Source of the DNA: Candidatus Buchananbacteria bacterium
GTDB taxonomy: Bacteria; Patescibacteriota; Patescibacteriia; Buchananbacterales; UBA6539
Assembly (NCBI GenBank): GCA_013359225.1
Contig: JABWCG010000001.1
Span: 276,441-340,440 of the forward strand
Length of the DNA stretch: 64,000 nt
Direction of reading: 5' to 3'
Shown here: positions 30,227 to 39,136 of the stretch, piece after piece
How the letters are laid out: every line of letters begins with the position of its first letter
Numbering within the stretch: position 1 is the first letter of the stretch
Notes under the pieces: model-generated
What the model saw: only the letters and a program-made list of their open reading frames with translations
The model's database searches: none
Told to the model about the DNA's origin: nothing
Translations under genes and position numbers: made by a program

Positions 30227-31268
30227 GAAAAAAATTATTTTTTTTATCTCCAGCATGGTGCTAATGTCTTTTTTTCCAGTAACAAATGTCGCACGAGCAA
30301 CCACTCTGGCTGAAAGTTTACGCGGGTATATTTTGTTGCAAGTTGAAGAAAAGGGTGAAGCCTGGTATGTCAACATGAATGATTTTCGACGCTACTACCT
30401 TCAAAACGGTCAAATTGCCTATGTGGTGCTGCGGGAATTCGGTCTTGGAATAACCAATGATGATTTAGAAAAAATCCCGGTTGGTATTAAAGAGCTCGAC
30501 GATCAAGTTGATAGCGACAATGATTCTTTGGCCGATAGATTAGAAGAAGCGCTTGGCACTAATCCGCTTAGCCCTGATTCCGATGGCGACGGCTATACCG
30601 ACGGCGTGGAAGTTAAAAACTCGTATCAACCCCTAGGGCCGGGTAAACAAACTATTGATCTAAGCCTGGCTAGCCGGCTCAAAGGCCAAATTTTACTTCA
30701 GGTTCAATCAAAAGGACAAGCCTGGTATATAAACCCTGCTGACAGTAAACGCTACTACCTGAAAGACGGTTTAGCAGCATACGAAATTATGAGATTTTTA
30801 AGCTTGGGAATTACCAATAAAAATCTGGAACAAATCCCAACCGGCGTTTTGAATTTTACTATTGATACACCAACACCCGCACCAGTACCGGTTACTGAGT
30901 CGCCGCAATCTAATAATGAGCCAACGGTGAATCCAGCCGGCGCATATCAATGGGTAGGACCCCATCAAACCACTCAGGCTGAAGCAATTACTAAAATAGA
31001 CGCATATCTTGATGAATTAATCAACCAAAATTTTTCCGGTGTTGAATTAAGCAATAAGCAATCTTCGTGGTCCGGTAATGTTCTTAGTTTTTCTTTTACT
31101 ATTAAGAAATTGTTCATCAGCGCCCAGATTAAAGGCCAGGTGGTCGTTACGAATAACGAAGTCAAACTCGGGCTGGATTTTCCGGAGATTATTACGGTGT
31201 TTGTTACCAAAGAAAAGGTTGATGCTATCGTTCAAGAAAAAGTTAATGAATTGTTTCAAATTGATTGA
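30213..31268 (+). CDS. Secreted repeat protein with two ~57-aa tandem repeats and a thrombospondin-type-3-like Ca-binding D-rich loop.
   Basis: Signal-like N-terminus. Repeats LRGYILLQVEEKGEAWYVN..RYYLQNGQIAY...GLGITNDDLEKIP and LKGQILLQVQSKGQAWYIN..RYYLKDGLAAY...SLGITNKNLEQIP. Also DSDNDSLADR...DSDGDGYTDGVE. Confidence 0.6.
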   Translation: MENYRKKIIFFISSMVLMSFFPVTNVARATTLAESLRGYILLQVEEKGEAWYVNMNDFRRYYLQNGQIAYVVLREFGLGITNDDLEKIPVGIKELDDQVDSDNDSLADRLEEALGTNPLSPDSDGDGYTDGVEVKNSYQPLGPGKQTIDLSLASRLKGQILLQVQSKGQAWYINPADSKRYYLKDGLAAYEIMRFLSLGITNKNLEQIPTGVLNFTIDTPTPAPVPVTESPQSNNEPTVNPAGAYQWVGPHQTTQAEAITKIDAYLDELINQNFSGVELSNKQSSWSGNVLSFSFTIKKLFISAQIKGQVVVTNNEVKLGLDFPEIITVFVTKEKVDAIVQEKVNELFQID

Positions 31269-31807
31269 TGAACAAACCAAGATATCAAGCAGTGGTTGTT
31301 GTCACCATTGACGGCAAAATCGCCAAACATGCCAACCATAACGTCAATTGGTCCAGCCCGGAAGATAAAAGATTCCTACACCAAAAAATTAAAGAAAGCG
31401 ACGTTATTATTATAGGCCGAAAGACTTTTGAAGTTGCCAAAAAGGCTTTAACAAAAAAAGAATTTATAACCAGAAACTACATTGTTCTTACCCGGTCAGT
31501 AAAAAACAGTAGGCGACTGGATGGACAGACACTATTAGTAAACCCTTCGAAAGTTGATATTAATCAAATGATTATTGATCTTGGGTGTACTAAAGTCTGC
31601 ATCCTGGGTGGTACTAAAACCTACGGCCTAATGCTGAGAATGAATTTAATTGACGACTTATTTATCACTATTGAGCCAATGGTGTTTGGAAGCGGGCAAG
31701 GAATTTTTGATTTTGTCGGTACCACCAGGCGTTTTATTTTAAAATCAATAAAATCTTTAAATAAAGAGGGAACTATTTTGCTTCATTACCAAAAAAATAA
31801 GCACTAA
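31265..31807 (+). CDS. Dihydrofolate-reductase-like / RibD C-terminal domain family reductase.
   Basis: AVVVVTIDGKIA...SSPEDKRFLHQKIKESDVIIIGRKTFE and C-terminal LFITIEPMVFGSG pattern of the DHFR/RibD_C fold. Confidence 0.7.
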   Translation: MMNKPRYQAVVVVTIDGKIAKHANHNVNWSSPEDKRFLHQKIKESDVIIIGRKTFEVAKKALTKKEFITRNYIVLTRSVKNSRRLDGQTLLVNPSKVDINQMIIDLGCTKVCILGGTKTYGLMLRMNLIDDLFITIEPMVFGSGQGIFDFVGTTRRFILKSIKSLNKEGTILLHYQKNKH

Positions 31808-31878
31808 ACGTTGACTGCTGCCGTCTTTGTGTGTTATCGTAGTGACACCTCTAAAGCACCTTCAAGGAGGGTTTCACT

Positions 31879-32022
31879 ATGAGGCTCTACCGCTTGTTAC
31901 CAGACGAGACTCGAGTGCCGTTCTTGTCCGCAATTCGCAAATGGCTGAAAAAACGCCATTACCATAAAAAACACGCCAAAAAGAAACGGCGCCAAACAAC
32001 CAACCACATCAGTGGTTCCTAA
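31879..32022 (+). CDS. Small highly basic protein (47 aa).
   Basis: Strong SD caaGGAGGgtttcactATG; sequence MRLYRLLPDETRVPFLSAIRKWLKKRHYHKKHAKKKRRQTTNHISGS. Confidence 0.4.
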   Translation: MRLYRLLPDETRVPFLSAIRKWLKKRHYHKKHAKKKRRQTTNHISGS

Positions 32023-32092
32023 AACCGAGCGTCAACTTTCCGACCTCGGTTTTTTATTTAAACTACTTTTGTGGTATAATTTAAACAAATTT

Positions 32093-32470
32093 ATGGTTAA
32101 TAATCTTGCAGCCTCTGCCTTTAAATACATTATTATTGATTTAATCGGCGATATTTTATATTGGCCGATTTGGTGGTATTCAAAAGGACTCTTAAAAGCG
32201 ACAAAGGCATCGATCAACGCCATAATCAACCAGGAGCGTTCGCTTGGTCTGGGGATTTGGGTAAAAAATATTTTTACTCCGATGTTTGGCCAGTATGATA
32301 TTGAAGGCAGAATTATTAGTTTTTTTGCCCGACTGATTCAAATTATCGTCCGAAGCATTATTCTGTTCGTCTGGGCGGTTGTTGTACTGCTTTTCTATCT
32401 GTTTTGGCTAATTCTGCCGGTAATTGTCGTCTACGAAATCTACTATAATATTTTAGGATTATTCGCCTAA
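32093..32470 (+). CDS. Hypothetical integral membrane protein (about 125 aa, 3-4 TM).
   Basis: Extended -10 TGGTATAAT at 32062-32070; the ATG at 32093 was preferred over the 32012 ORF start. Hydrophobic helices throughout. Confidence 0.55.
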   Translation: MVNNLAASAFKYIIIDLIGDILYWPIWWYSKGLLKATKASINAIINQERSLGLGIWVKNIFTPMFGQYDIEGRIISFFARLIQIIVRSIILFVWAVVVLLFYLFWLILPVIVVYEIYYNILGLFA

Positions 32471-32472
32471 CT

Positions 32473-35241
32473 ATGGCCGAAAAAGAAGTCCAAAAAATTA
32501 GTCTGACATTTCTTAGTTGTCCGACGTGCGGCGGCCAGGGATACCAAAACGGCAAACACTGCCTTGATTGCGAGACGGTTAGTGTAATCGCCTGGGACGG
32601 CAGCCGGGTGTTGCAGTGGGGTAAAAAAATAGATTTTTTGCACATTGCCCAGGAAAAACTGGAATTAACGGTCAAAAACACCATCAATTTTTTACTGTTA
32701 TTGGTTGGGCTGGTTGGTGTTGCTTTTCTGGGGTGGTTTATTTATGATTTCACTCAAACTAAATTTACTCTCAACCAAATATTGTCGGCGCATGACTGGC
32801 GCTTATTATTATTTTGGCTTTCAGTCTTGACTGACGGCTATTTATACTACCGATTTCAACGAGAAGTGGAAAAAATCAGTTATATTCCGAAGAAAAAATT
32901 TGATCAAGCCCCTGTTCAGTTACCGGCCGTTACCTGGCCGCAGGCAAAAAATATCGGCAAAGCCAAAAAAGAAGAGATTTCAAAATATTTTAATTTTGAA
33001 GCCCAAACGGCGATTTCCAAAGCTTGGGAATTGGCGAATAAATATGACGACGCTTATGTCAATCCAATTCATTTGTTAATTTCTCTGTTAACATTCCAGC
33101 AAACGCAGATTATTTTCAGTCGTCTAGGGATACCATTCAATAATTTGAAAAGTAAAATCAGGAATAATTTAACATTTCAATCGCCAAAAACTCAAGATCC
33201 GGTTGCTTTTTCTCAGTCAGTCTGGCAAATCATCTACAACGCTTATTTTCGAGCATATCAACTCCGGCAGAAAAAAGTTGATGTTACCGAATTGCTTGAA
33301 GAATTAGCCAATCAGGATAATGAAGTTAAAGAATTATTATACGATCTTAATGTCACAAGTGATAAAATTCAAAACGTTGTCGCTTGGCTCCGAATCAGAA
33401 AACAACTAACCGAAAACTGGAATCGTTTTCGTCGTCGCGCGTCGCTTAAGCCAAAAGGCAATATGGACCGGGCAATGACGGCCATTGCCACGCCGGTAAT
33501 TGACGCTTTTAGTAACGATATGACTTATTTGGCGCGCAGCGGGTATTTAATGCCGTGTGTTGGCCGGGAGCAGCAAATTGAAGATATTTTTAATATTATG
33601 CAGGGCGCTAACCGCCGCAGCGCTTTACTGGTCGGTAATCCGGGAGTTGGCAGAAACACCATTGTTGAAGGAATTGCCAATTTGATGGCCGAAGAGGCAG
33701 TGCCGGAATTTTTACAGGATAAACGACTGGTCAGTTTAAGTATTGCCAAGCTCGTTAGTGGTACAACACCAACCCAAGCCCAGGAGCGACTAATGATGAT
33801 CATTAATGAAATCAGACGGTCGGGCAATATTGTTTTATATATCAATGATATTCATAATATGGTTGGTATCAGTGCCGGACAGCAGGGGAGTATTGATCTT
33901 GCCGATGTTTTATCACAGGCACTTAACACTAATACGGTTTTAGCAATCGCCAGCACCACCCCAAATGATTACCGACGCTACCTTGAAGGAAAAAGTTCAA
34001 TCGATAACGTTTTTCAAAAAGTTGAGATTAAAGAAGTGTCCGGCAATGAAGCAATTCAAATTTTGGAATCAAAAGTCGGATCATTTGAATATAAAAATGA
34101 AGTTTTCTTTTCTTATGATGCCATTGCCCAGACTGTAAAATTGTCCGAACGCTACCTTCATGACCGCTATTTGCCAGAAAAAGCCATTGAAATTATTGAG
34201 GAGGTTTCCGCTGTCGTCAGACAACAAAAGGGAAAAAATGCCATTGTCACCGCCAATGACGTCGCTTTGGTTGTTTCCAGAAAAACCAATATTCCTTTAA
34301 CCGAAATTACCCAAGAAGAGTCGGCAAAACTACTGGGCCTGGAAGATAAAATCCATCAAAGAGTCATTGATCAAACCGAAGCCGTTAAAATGGTTTCAGC
34401 TGCTTTGCGCCGCGCCCGGGCCGAAATGAGAGACATTTCGCGGCCGATTGTAAACCTGCTATTTTTAGGACCAACTGGTGTTGGAAAAACTGAATTGGCC
34501 AAAACCGTCGCTGAAGTTTATTTTGGTGACGAAAAAAACATGATCCGGCTTGATATGTCAGAGTATCAGGAAAAGTCCAGCATTTCGCGCTTGATTGGCG
34601 CGCCGCCCGGTATGGGGAGCAGTGAAGGCGGTTATTTATCCGAAGCAATCAGAAAAAATCCGTTTTCACTGATCTTGCTTGATGAGTTAGAAAAAGCACA
34701 CCCCGATATTCTCAACATCTTTTTGCAAATTATGGACGATGGTCGCTTGACCGATAATATCGGCCGGACTATTGATTTTACTAACTCAATTATCATCGCC
34801 ACATCAAACGCCGGCACCAGATTCATCCAAGATAAAGTTAAAGAAGGTCAAAGTGTTGAACAAATTAAACAACAGCTAATGGATGTTGAATTGCACCAGT
34901 ATTTCCGGCCGGAATTTTTAAACCGGTTTGACGGTATTATTGTTTTCAAGCCCCTATCAATTCAAAACGTTGAAGAAATCGCCAAGCTGATGACCAAAAA
35001 AGTCGCCAAAAATCTTGAAGAAAAGGGTATTACGCTGGAAGTCGAGCCGCAAGCGTTAGCGGAATTAGCACAGCAAGGCTATGATCCGGAATTTGGCGCC
35101 AGACCGTTACGAAGAATTATTCAGGAAAAAGTTCAAGATCCGATTGCTAACGAGCTTTTAGCGGGAAAAATTGGCCGCCGCGATACAATTATTTTTGGCG
35201 TCGGTGGTCGTATTAATGTTATTAAGGCCAAAGAAATATAA
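32473..35241 (+). CDS. Clp/Hsp100-type AAA+ ATPase (ClpC/ClpB-like, two NBDs) with an N-terminal zinc ribbon and two TM helices; NBD1 appears degenerate.
   Basis: CPTCGG...CLDCE ribbon; two hydrophobic helices; Clp_N-like repeat. NBD1 Walker A reads GNPGVGRNT and Walker B reads YINDIH, both non-canonical. NBD2 is canonical (GPTGVGKTELAK, LILLDELEKAH, sensor/Clp D2-small region). Confidence 0.8.
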   Translation: MAEKEVQKISLTFLSCPTCGGQGYQNGKHCLDCETVSVIAWDGSRVLQWGKKIDFLHIAQEKLELTVKNTINFLLLLVGLVGVAFLGWFIYDFTQTKFTLNQILSAHDWRLLLFWLSVLTDGYLYYRFQREVEKISYIPKKKFDQAPVQLPAVTWPQAKNIGKAKKEEISKYFNFEAQTAISKAWELANKYDDAYVNPIHLLISLLTFQQTQIIFSRLGIPFNNLKSKIRNNLTFQSPKTQDPVAFSQSVWQIIYNAYFRAYQLRQKKVDVTELLEELANQDNEVKELLYDLNVTSDKIQNVVAWLRIRKQLTENWNRFRRRASLKPKGNMDRAMTAIATPVIDAFSNDMTYLARSGYLMPCVGREQQIEDIFNIMQGANRRSALLVGNPGVGRNTIVEGIANLMAEEAVPEFLQDKRLVSLSIAKLVSGTTPTQAQERLMMIINEIRRSGNIVLYINDIHNMVGISAGQQGSIDLADVLSQALNTNTVLAIASTTPNDYRRYLEGKSSIDNVFQKVEIKEVSGNEAIQILESKVGSFEYKNEVFFSYDAIAQTVKLSERYLHDRYLPEKAIEIIEEVSAVVRQQKGKNAIVTANDVALVVSRKTNIPLTEITQEESAKLLGLEDKIHQRVIDQTEAVKMVSAALRRARAEMRDISRPIVNLLFLGPTGVGKTELAKTVAEVYFGDEKNMIRLDMSEYQEKSSISRLIGAPPGMGSSEGGYLSEAIRKNPFSLILLDELEKAHPDILNIFLQIMDDGRLTDNIGRTIDFTNSIIIATSNAGTRFIQDKVKEGQSVEQIKQQLMDVELHQYFRPEFLNRFDGIIVFKPLSIQNVEEIAKLMTKKVAKNLEEKGITLEVEPQALAELAQQGYDPEFGARPLRRIIQEKVQDPIANELLAGKIGRRDTIIFGVGGRINVIKAKEI

Positions 35242-35253
35242 CCGTCTTTCACA

Positions 35254-36300
35254 ATGATCTACTTACTAGCCGTTTTAACGGGCACTGCGTTTTCCCTCAT
35301 TTTAACCCCGTTTATCAGAAAACTTGCTCTTCATCATCAGATTGTTGATTTGCCAAACCCGAGAAAAATTCATTCTACACCAACGCCACTACTCGGCGGT
35401 TTGGCGATTTTTTTCGCGTTTTTTTTCAGCACCTTAATTTTTTGGTTTGCCGGCTATATTGAAGACAGCCGAATAACACAAACACAAGTTTTAGCTATCT
35501 TGTGCGCCGGCGCAGCATTAATGATTGGCGGGGTACTAGACGACAAATTTAATCTCAAGCCAGCACAACAAATCATCTGGCCTCTTATTGCCATCGCTTT
35601 AATGATTACTGCCGGCGTCAAAATTCAATTTGTTACCAACCCGCTTGGCGGCGTGCTGGAATTCTCGTCTTTATTAGGAGTTATTACTGCCAGCCTGTGG
35701 ATTTTAGGAATGATTTATACCACTAAATTTTTAGACGGTTTAGACGGCTTGGTGGCCGGTATTACCACCATTGGAGCCACTATTATTTTTATTGTCAGCT
35801 TATACTGGGACGTACCATTATCTGGCACCTCAATCTTGTCTCTTATCCTGGCTGGCAGTTGTCTGGGTTTTTTAGTTTTCAACTGGCATCCGGCAAAAAT
35901 ATTTCTTGGAGAAGGGGGCAGTATTTTTTGCGGCTTCATGTTGGGGACCTTGGCTATTATTTCCGGCTCAAAAATTGCCACAGCGCTGTTGATTATGGGT
36001 GTGCCAATTCTCGACGTTGCCTGGGTTATTGTTCGCCGAATTTGGGAAGGCCGTTCACCGGTTTCAGCAGACCGCAAACACTTGCATTTTCGTCTTTTAG
36101 ATATTGGCCTAAATCACCGCCAGTCAGTTATAGTATTATATCTGATTACGATTGCATTTGGTACAACCTCGCTATGGCTTCACTCTAAAGGAAAAATTAT
36201 CGCTTTAGGAATTTTAGGAATCTTTATGGTACTATTAATTACCAGCTTAGTCTGGACATATCAACAAAAAATTAAAAATGACCAAGCAACAAAAAATTAA
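35254..36300 (+). CDS. MraY/WecA-family (GT4 polyprenyl-phosphate HexNAc-1-P transferase) membrane enzyme.
   Basis: Ten or so TM helices; DDKFNL and LDGLDGLVAGI motifs; HLHF loop. Confidence 0.75.
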   Translation: MIYLLAVLTGTAFSLILTPFIRKLALHHQIVDLPNPRKIHSTPTPLLGGLAIFFAFFFSTLIFWFAGYIEDSRITQTQVLAILCAGAALMIGGVLDDKFNLKPAQQIIWPLIAIALMITAGVKIQFVTNPLGGVLEFSSLLGVITASLWILGMIYTTKFLDGLDGLVAGITTIGATIIFIVSLYWDVPLSGTSILSLILAGSCLGFLVFNWHPAKIFLGEGGSIFCGFMLGTLAIISGSKIATALLIMGVPILDVAWVIVRRIWEGRSPVSADRKHLHFRLLDIGLNHRQSVIVLYLITIAFGTTSLWLHSKGKIIALGILGIFMVLLITSLVWTYQQKIKNDQATKN

Positions 36301-36730
36301 ATCCCTCCTGCTGTTTTTCGGCTTAATTGTTGGGCTATTGATTATCTACCTTGCTAACCAACATTTTGATAAAGGCACTGTCGCCCTTAATGGCAACCGC
36401 GTTAAAGTAGAAATTGCCAGCACCCCGCAACAATGGGCCCAAGGCCTTTCAAATCGTGACGGTTTAAAGCAAAATAATGGTTTATTGTTTGTCTACCCGG
36501 ACTATCTCTACCGCAATTTTTGGATGAAAGATATGAAATTTGAAATAGACATTATCTGGATTGCGGAAAATAAAATTGTCGGCATTGAAAAAAATGTGCC
36601 ACTACCAACAACTGTCCCAATTCCAACCTATCGGTCCCCAAAACCAGTCAATTACGTTTTAGAAGTAACCGCCGGGTATGCCGACCAGCACCATCTGCAA
36701 ATCGGCGATCCAGTAATATTTAACCTATGA
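36278..36730 (+). CDS. DUF192 (COG1430) family protein.
   Basis: NGNRVKVEIASTPQQWAQGLSNRDGL...LLFVYPD...MKDMKFEIDIIWI pattern of DUF192; N-terminal TM/signal. Confidence 0.65.
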   Translation: MTKQQKIKSLLLFFGLIVGLLIIYLANQHFDKGTVALNGNRVKVEIASTPQQWAQGLSNRDGLKQNNGLLFVYPDYLYRNFWMKDMKFEIDIIWIAENKIVGIEKNVPLPTTVPIPTYRSPKPVNYVLEVTAGYADQHHLQIGDPVIFNL

Positions 36731-38217
36731 AAGTAATCTTGAAAAAAATAGGGAAGTTAGAAATCATTATTTTTGTTTCCGGTTCAGTGGTAATGGTGCT
36801 TGAACTTATCGGTTCAAGAATCGTTGCGCCGTATCTTGGAACTTCAATTTTTGTTTGGGCATCATTGATTGGTATTATTTTAGGCGCTTTAAGCTTAGGC
36901 TACTATCTTGGCGGGCGGTTTTCCAAAACTAATCCGAATCTCCAATTTCTTGGTCGCACTTTACTTTTGGCCGGTTTATCAATTCTGCTAATTACCCTGA
37001 TCCAAAAACCGGTTCTCACTCTTGCCATGCAGCTTGGCGTAAAGACGGGTTCGGTGGTGGCAACGCTCGGCCTGTTTACCATTCCCAGTATCATCATGGG
37101 TATTGTGTCGCCGTATGCCATTCGTCTAAAAACCGACACCGTTGAACACGCCGGAGGTGTCGCCGGGAATTTATATGCTCTCTCAACTATTGGCAGCATT
37201 GCCGGAACTTTTTTAGCCGGGTTTTATTTAATACCAACGTTTGGCAGTCAGCAAATCCTTTTTGGGCTCAGTATTACTCTCATTCTAGTTTCTCTTTTGG
37301 CTAATAAAAATATCTTTAGTTTCTTGATTTTATTATTAGCATTTAACCTGCTTGGTTTTTCTTCGTTAACTGATTCAAAATTTGTCTATGAATCAGAAAG
37401 TGCGTATAACCATATCATTGTAAAAGACGGCGTTGATAAATCGGGCCGCCAGGTTAGAGCCCTATATTTGGCAACTGAATTGCATTCAATTATCTACAAA
37501 GATTCAACTGAGCTCGCCTCAAAATACCATCAAAATTATGCTTTAGATACTTTATTTAAACCAGACATCGCTACGGCGTTGAGTTTAGGCGGCGGGGCAT
37601 ACGTTGCACCTCAAGATTTTTTGCGCCGTTTCCCCGACGCCAAAATGACTGTGGTAGAAATTGATCCTGAAGTTACCGCCGTTGCCCGTGATTTTTTTGG
37701 GTTAAAGTCCAATCCGCGGCTAACTATCCGCCACGAAGATGGCCGAATTTTTCTAAATAATAATCAAGAAAAGTTTGATGTCATTTATGGTGACGCCTTT
37801 GCTTCGTACTATTCAATCCCGTTTCAACTGACAACAGCAGAGGCAGTAAAAAAAATGCATGATGCACTGACTGACGACGGCATTTTAATTTTAAATGTTA
37901 TTTCCGGCCTGGATGGCGACCGCGCAAAATTTTTAAATGCTGAATATTTAACTATTAAACAGTACTTCCCACAGATCTATTTGTTCCCCGTTGATTTTCG
38001 TGACGAGGCTAATTTTGATAAAATCCAAAATATTGTTTTGATTGCGACAAAAAATTCCAATCGGCTTTCAAAAGAAGAGATGTTGAATCTGGCAAATGCT
38101 AATCAAGTCCCATATGTTAATAATCTTTGGGAACAGCAACCAAATATCAAACCGACTGACCGGATTCTAACTGACGATTTCGCACCCGTTGACTACTATA
38201 TTTCAAAATTTCTCTAG
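36727..38217 (+). CDS. Membrane-fused spermidine synthase-like (polyamine aminopropyltransferase family) protein.
   Basis: N-terminal multi-TM domain plus a C-terminal SAM-dependent spermidine-synthase fold (VVEIDPEVTAVARDFF, IYGDAFAS). Confidence 0.7.
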   Translation: MKVILKKIGKLEIIIFVSGSVVMVLELIGSRIVAPYLGTSIFVWASLIGIILGALSLGYYLGGRFSKTNPNLQFLGRTLLLAGLSILLITLIQKPVLTLAMQLGVKTGSVVATLGLFTIPSIIMGIVSPYAIRLKTDTVEHAGGVAGNLYALSTIGSIAGTFLAGFYLIPTFGSQQILFGLSITLILVSLLANKNIFSFLILLLAFNLLGFSSLTDSKFVYESESAYNHIIVKDGVDKSGRQVRALYLATELHSIIYKDSTELASKYHQNYALDTLFKPDIATALSLGGGAYVAPQDFLRRFPDAKMTVVEIDPEVTAVARDFFGLKSNPRLTIRHEDGRIFLNNNQEKFDVIYGDAFASYYSIPFQLTTAEAVKKMHDALTDDGILILNVISGLDGDRAKFLNAEYLTIKQYFPQIYLFPVDFRDEANFDKIQNIVLIATKNSNRLSKEEMLNLANANQVPYVNNLWEQQPNIKPTDRILTDDFAPVDYYISKFL

Positions 38218-38252
38218 GTTTTACAAAAACTCAAAACTCCCGGTACGCTGGC

Positions 38253-38282
38253 GGCAGCAAAGGCTGCTTTTTTGTTCCAATT
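38253..38282 (+). terminator. Rho-independent terminator.
   Basis: gcagcaaaggctgc hairpin followed by ttttttgtt. Confidence 0.7.
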
Positions 38283-38416
38283 GAAACCAGCCCCAATCAA
38301 CGGCTGAGGCTAAAAAATTAACTCCATTAAAAGTCCTCTTTTAATACCCTTGACTTTTTTCACCCAAACTTATACACTGTAGGAGTTACTAAATTTTAGA
38401 AATTTTTTGCTAAATT

Positions 38417-38728
38417 ATGTCACTAGCTGTTATCAAAACCGGCGGAAAACAATACCTCGTTAAAACTGGGGATAAAATTAAAGTTGATAAAATCAACGGC
38501 AAAAAACCGGGTGAAATGATCAAATTAGACACCCTTATTATTACAGATGAAAAAGGGGATAATGTTGAAATCGGTAAACCACTATTAAAAACAACTGTTG
38601 AAGCTAAAATCATTAAACACAGTACTGATAAAAAAATCAGCGTAGTTAAATATAAGTCAAAGACTCGCTACCGCCGCAATGTCGGCCATCGTCAGCAGTA
38701 TTCAGAAATCCAGATTGAAAAAATTTAA
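38417..38728 (+). CDS. rplU: 50S ribosomal protein L21.
   Basis: MSLAVIKTGGKQYLVKTGDKIKVDKI and the C-terminal KTRYRRNVGHRQQYSEIQIEKI L21 pattern; 103 aa. Confidence 0.9.
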   Translation: MSLAVIKTGGKQYLVKTGDKIKVDKINGKKPGEMIKLDTLIITDEKGDNVEIGKPLLKTTVEAKIIKHSTDKKISVVKYKSKTRYRRNVGHRQQYSEIQIEKI

Positions 38729-38745
38729 CTTTCAACTATAAAAAC

Positions 38746-38780
38746 AAGCGCTCGAAGCAAATAGCTCGGGCGCTTTTGTT
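38746..38780 (+). terminator. Terminator hairpin after rplU.
   Basis: aagcgctcgaag-caaata-gctcgggcgctttt gttat. Confidence 0.6.
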
Positions 38781-39102
38781 ATGCCAAAAGATCAATTATT
38801 GTTCCGGTCGCCCCGTCTTCAGCGCGACGTCGACGGCGACCAACATAGGGATTTCGACGACGAAGTTCAGTTTCGGTTTGGTGTTCAGTAACAGCCGTCG
38901 GGTTAACCATTGTCTGTCTTAAAACAGATTCAAAATTGGTTTCGGCATCCTGACGATGTCGTTCGGCTGTTTTGCCAGGATCATCCTGATCCTTAATGAC
39001 GACTGTCAGTCGCTGCAACCCTACCCCCAACTGGGCGGCCGCGACGGTCTGATGCCCAGTGCTTTTGTCTAAAAGCAGGCCCGGCAAAGGAGTGATTTGC
39101 AT
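38779..39102 (-). CDS. Hypothetical protein (107 aa), GC-rich with an Arg-rich C-terminus; uncertain.
   Basis: The only long ORF in a roughly 320-nt segment whose GC is clearly above its neighbours. Lies downstream of recR on the same strand. No recognisable motif. Confidence 0.35.
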   Translation of the reverse strand: MQITPLPGLLLDKSTGHQTVAAAQLGVGLQRLTVVIKDQDDPGKTAERHRQDAETNFESVLRQTMVNPTAVTEHQTETELRRRNPYVGRRRRRAEDGATGTIIDLLA

Positions 39103-39136
39103 AGTAACACCTCCCTGGTTTCAGGTTAAATGCTCC

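Noticed and set aside
38779-39110. tmRNA (ssrA) as an explanation for the GC-rich segment.
   Set aside because: No tRNA-like T-arm (GGTTCGANTCC) or acceptor/CCA end could be found on either strand. It is left as a hypothetical ORF.
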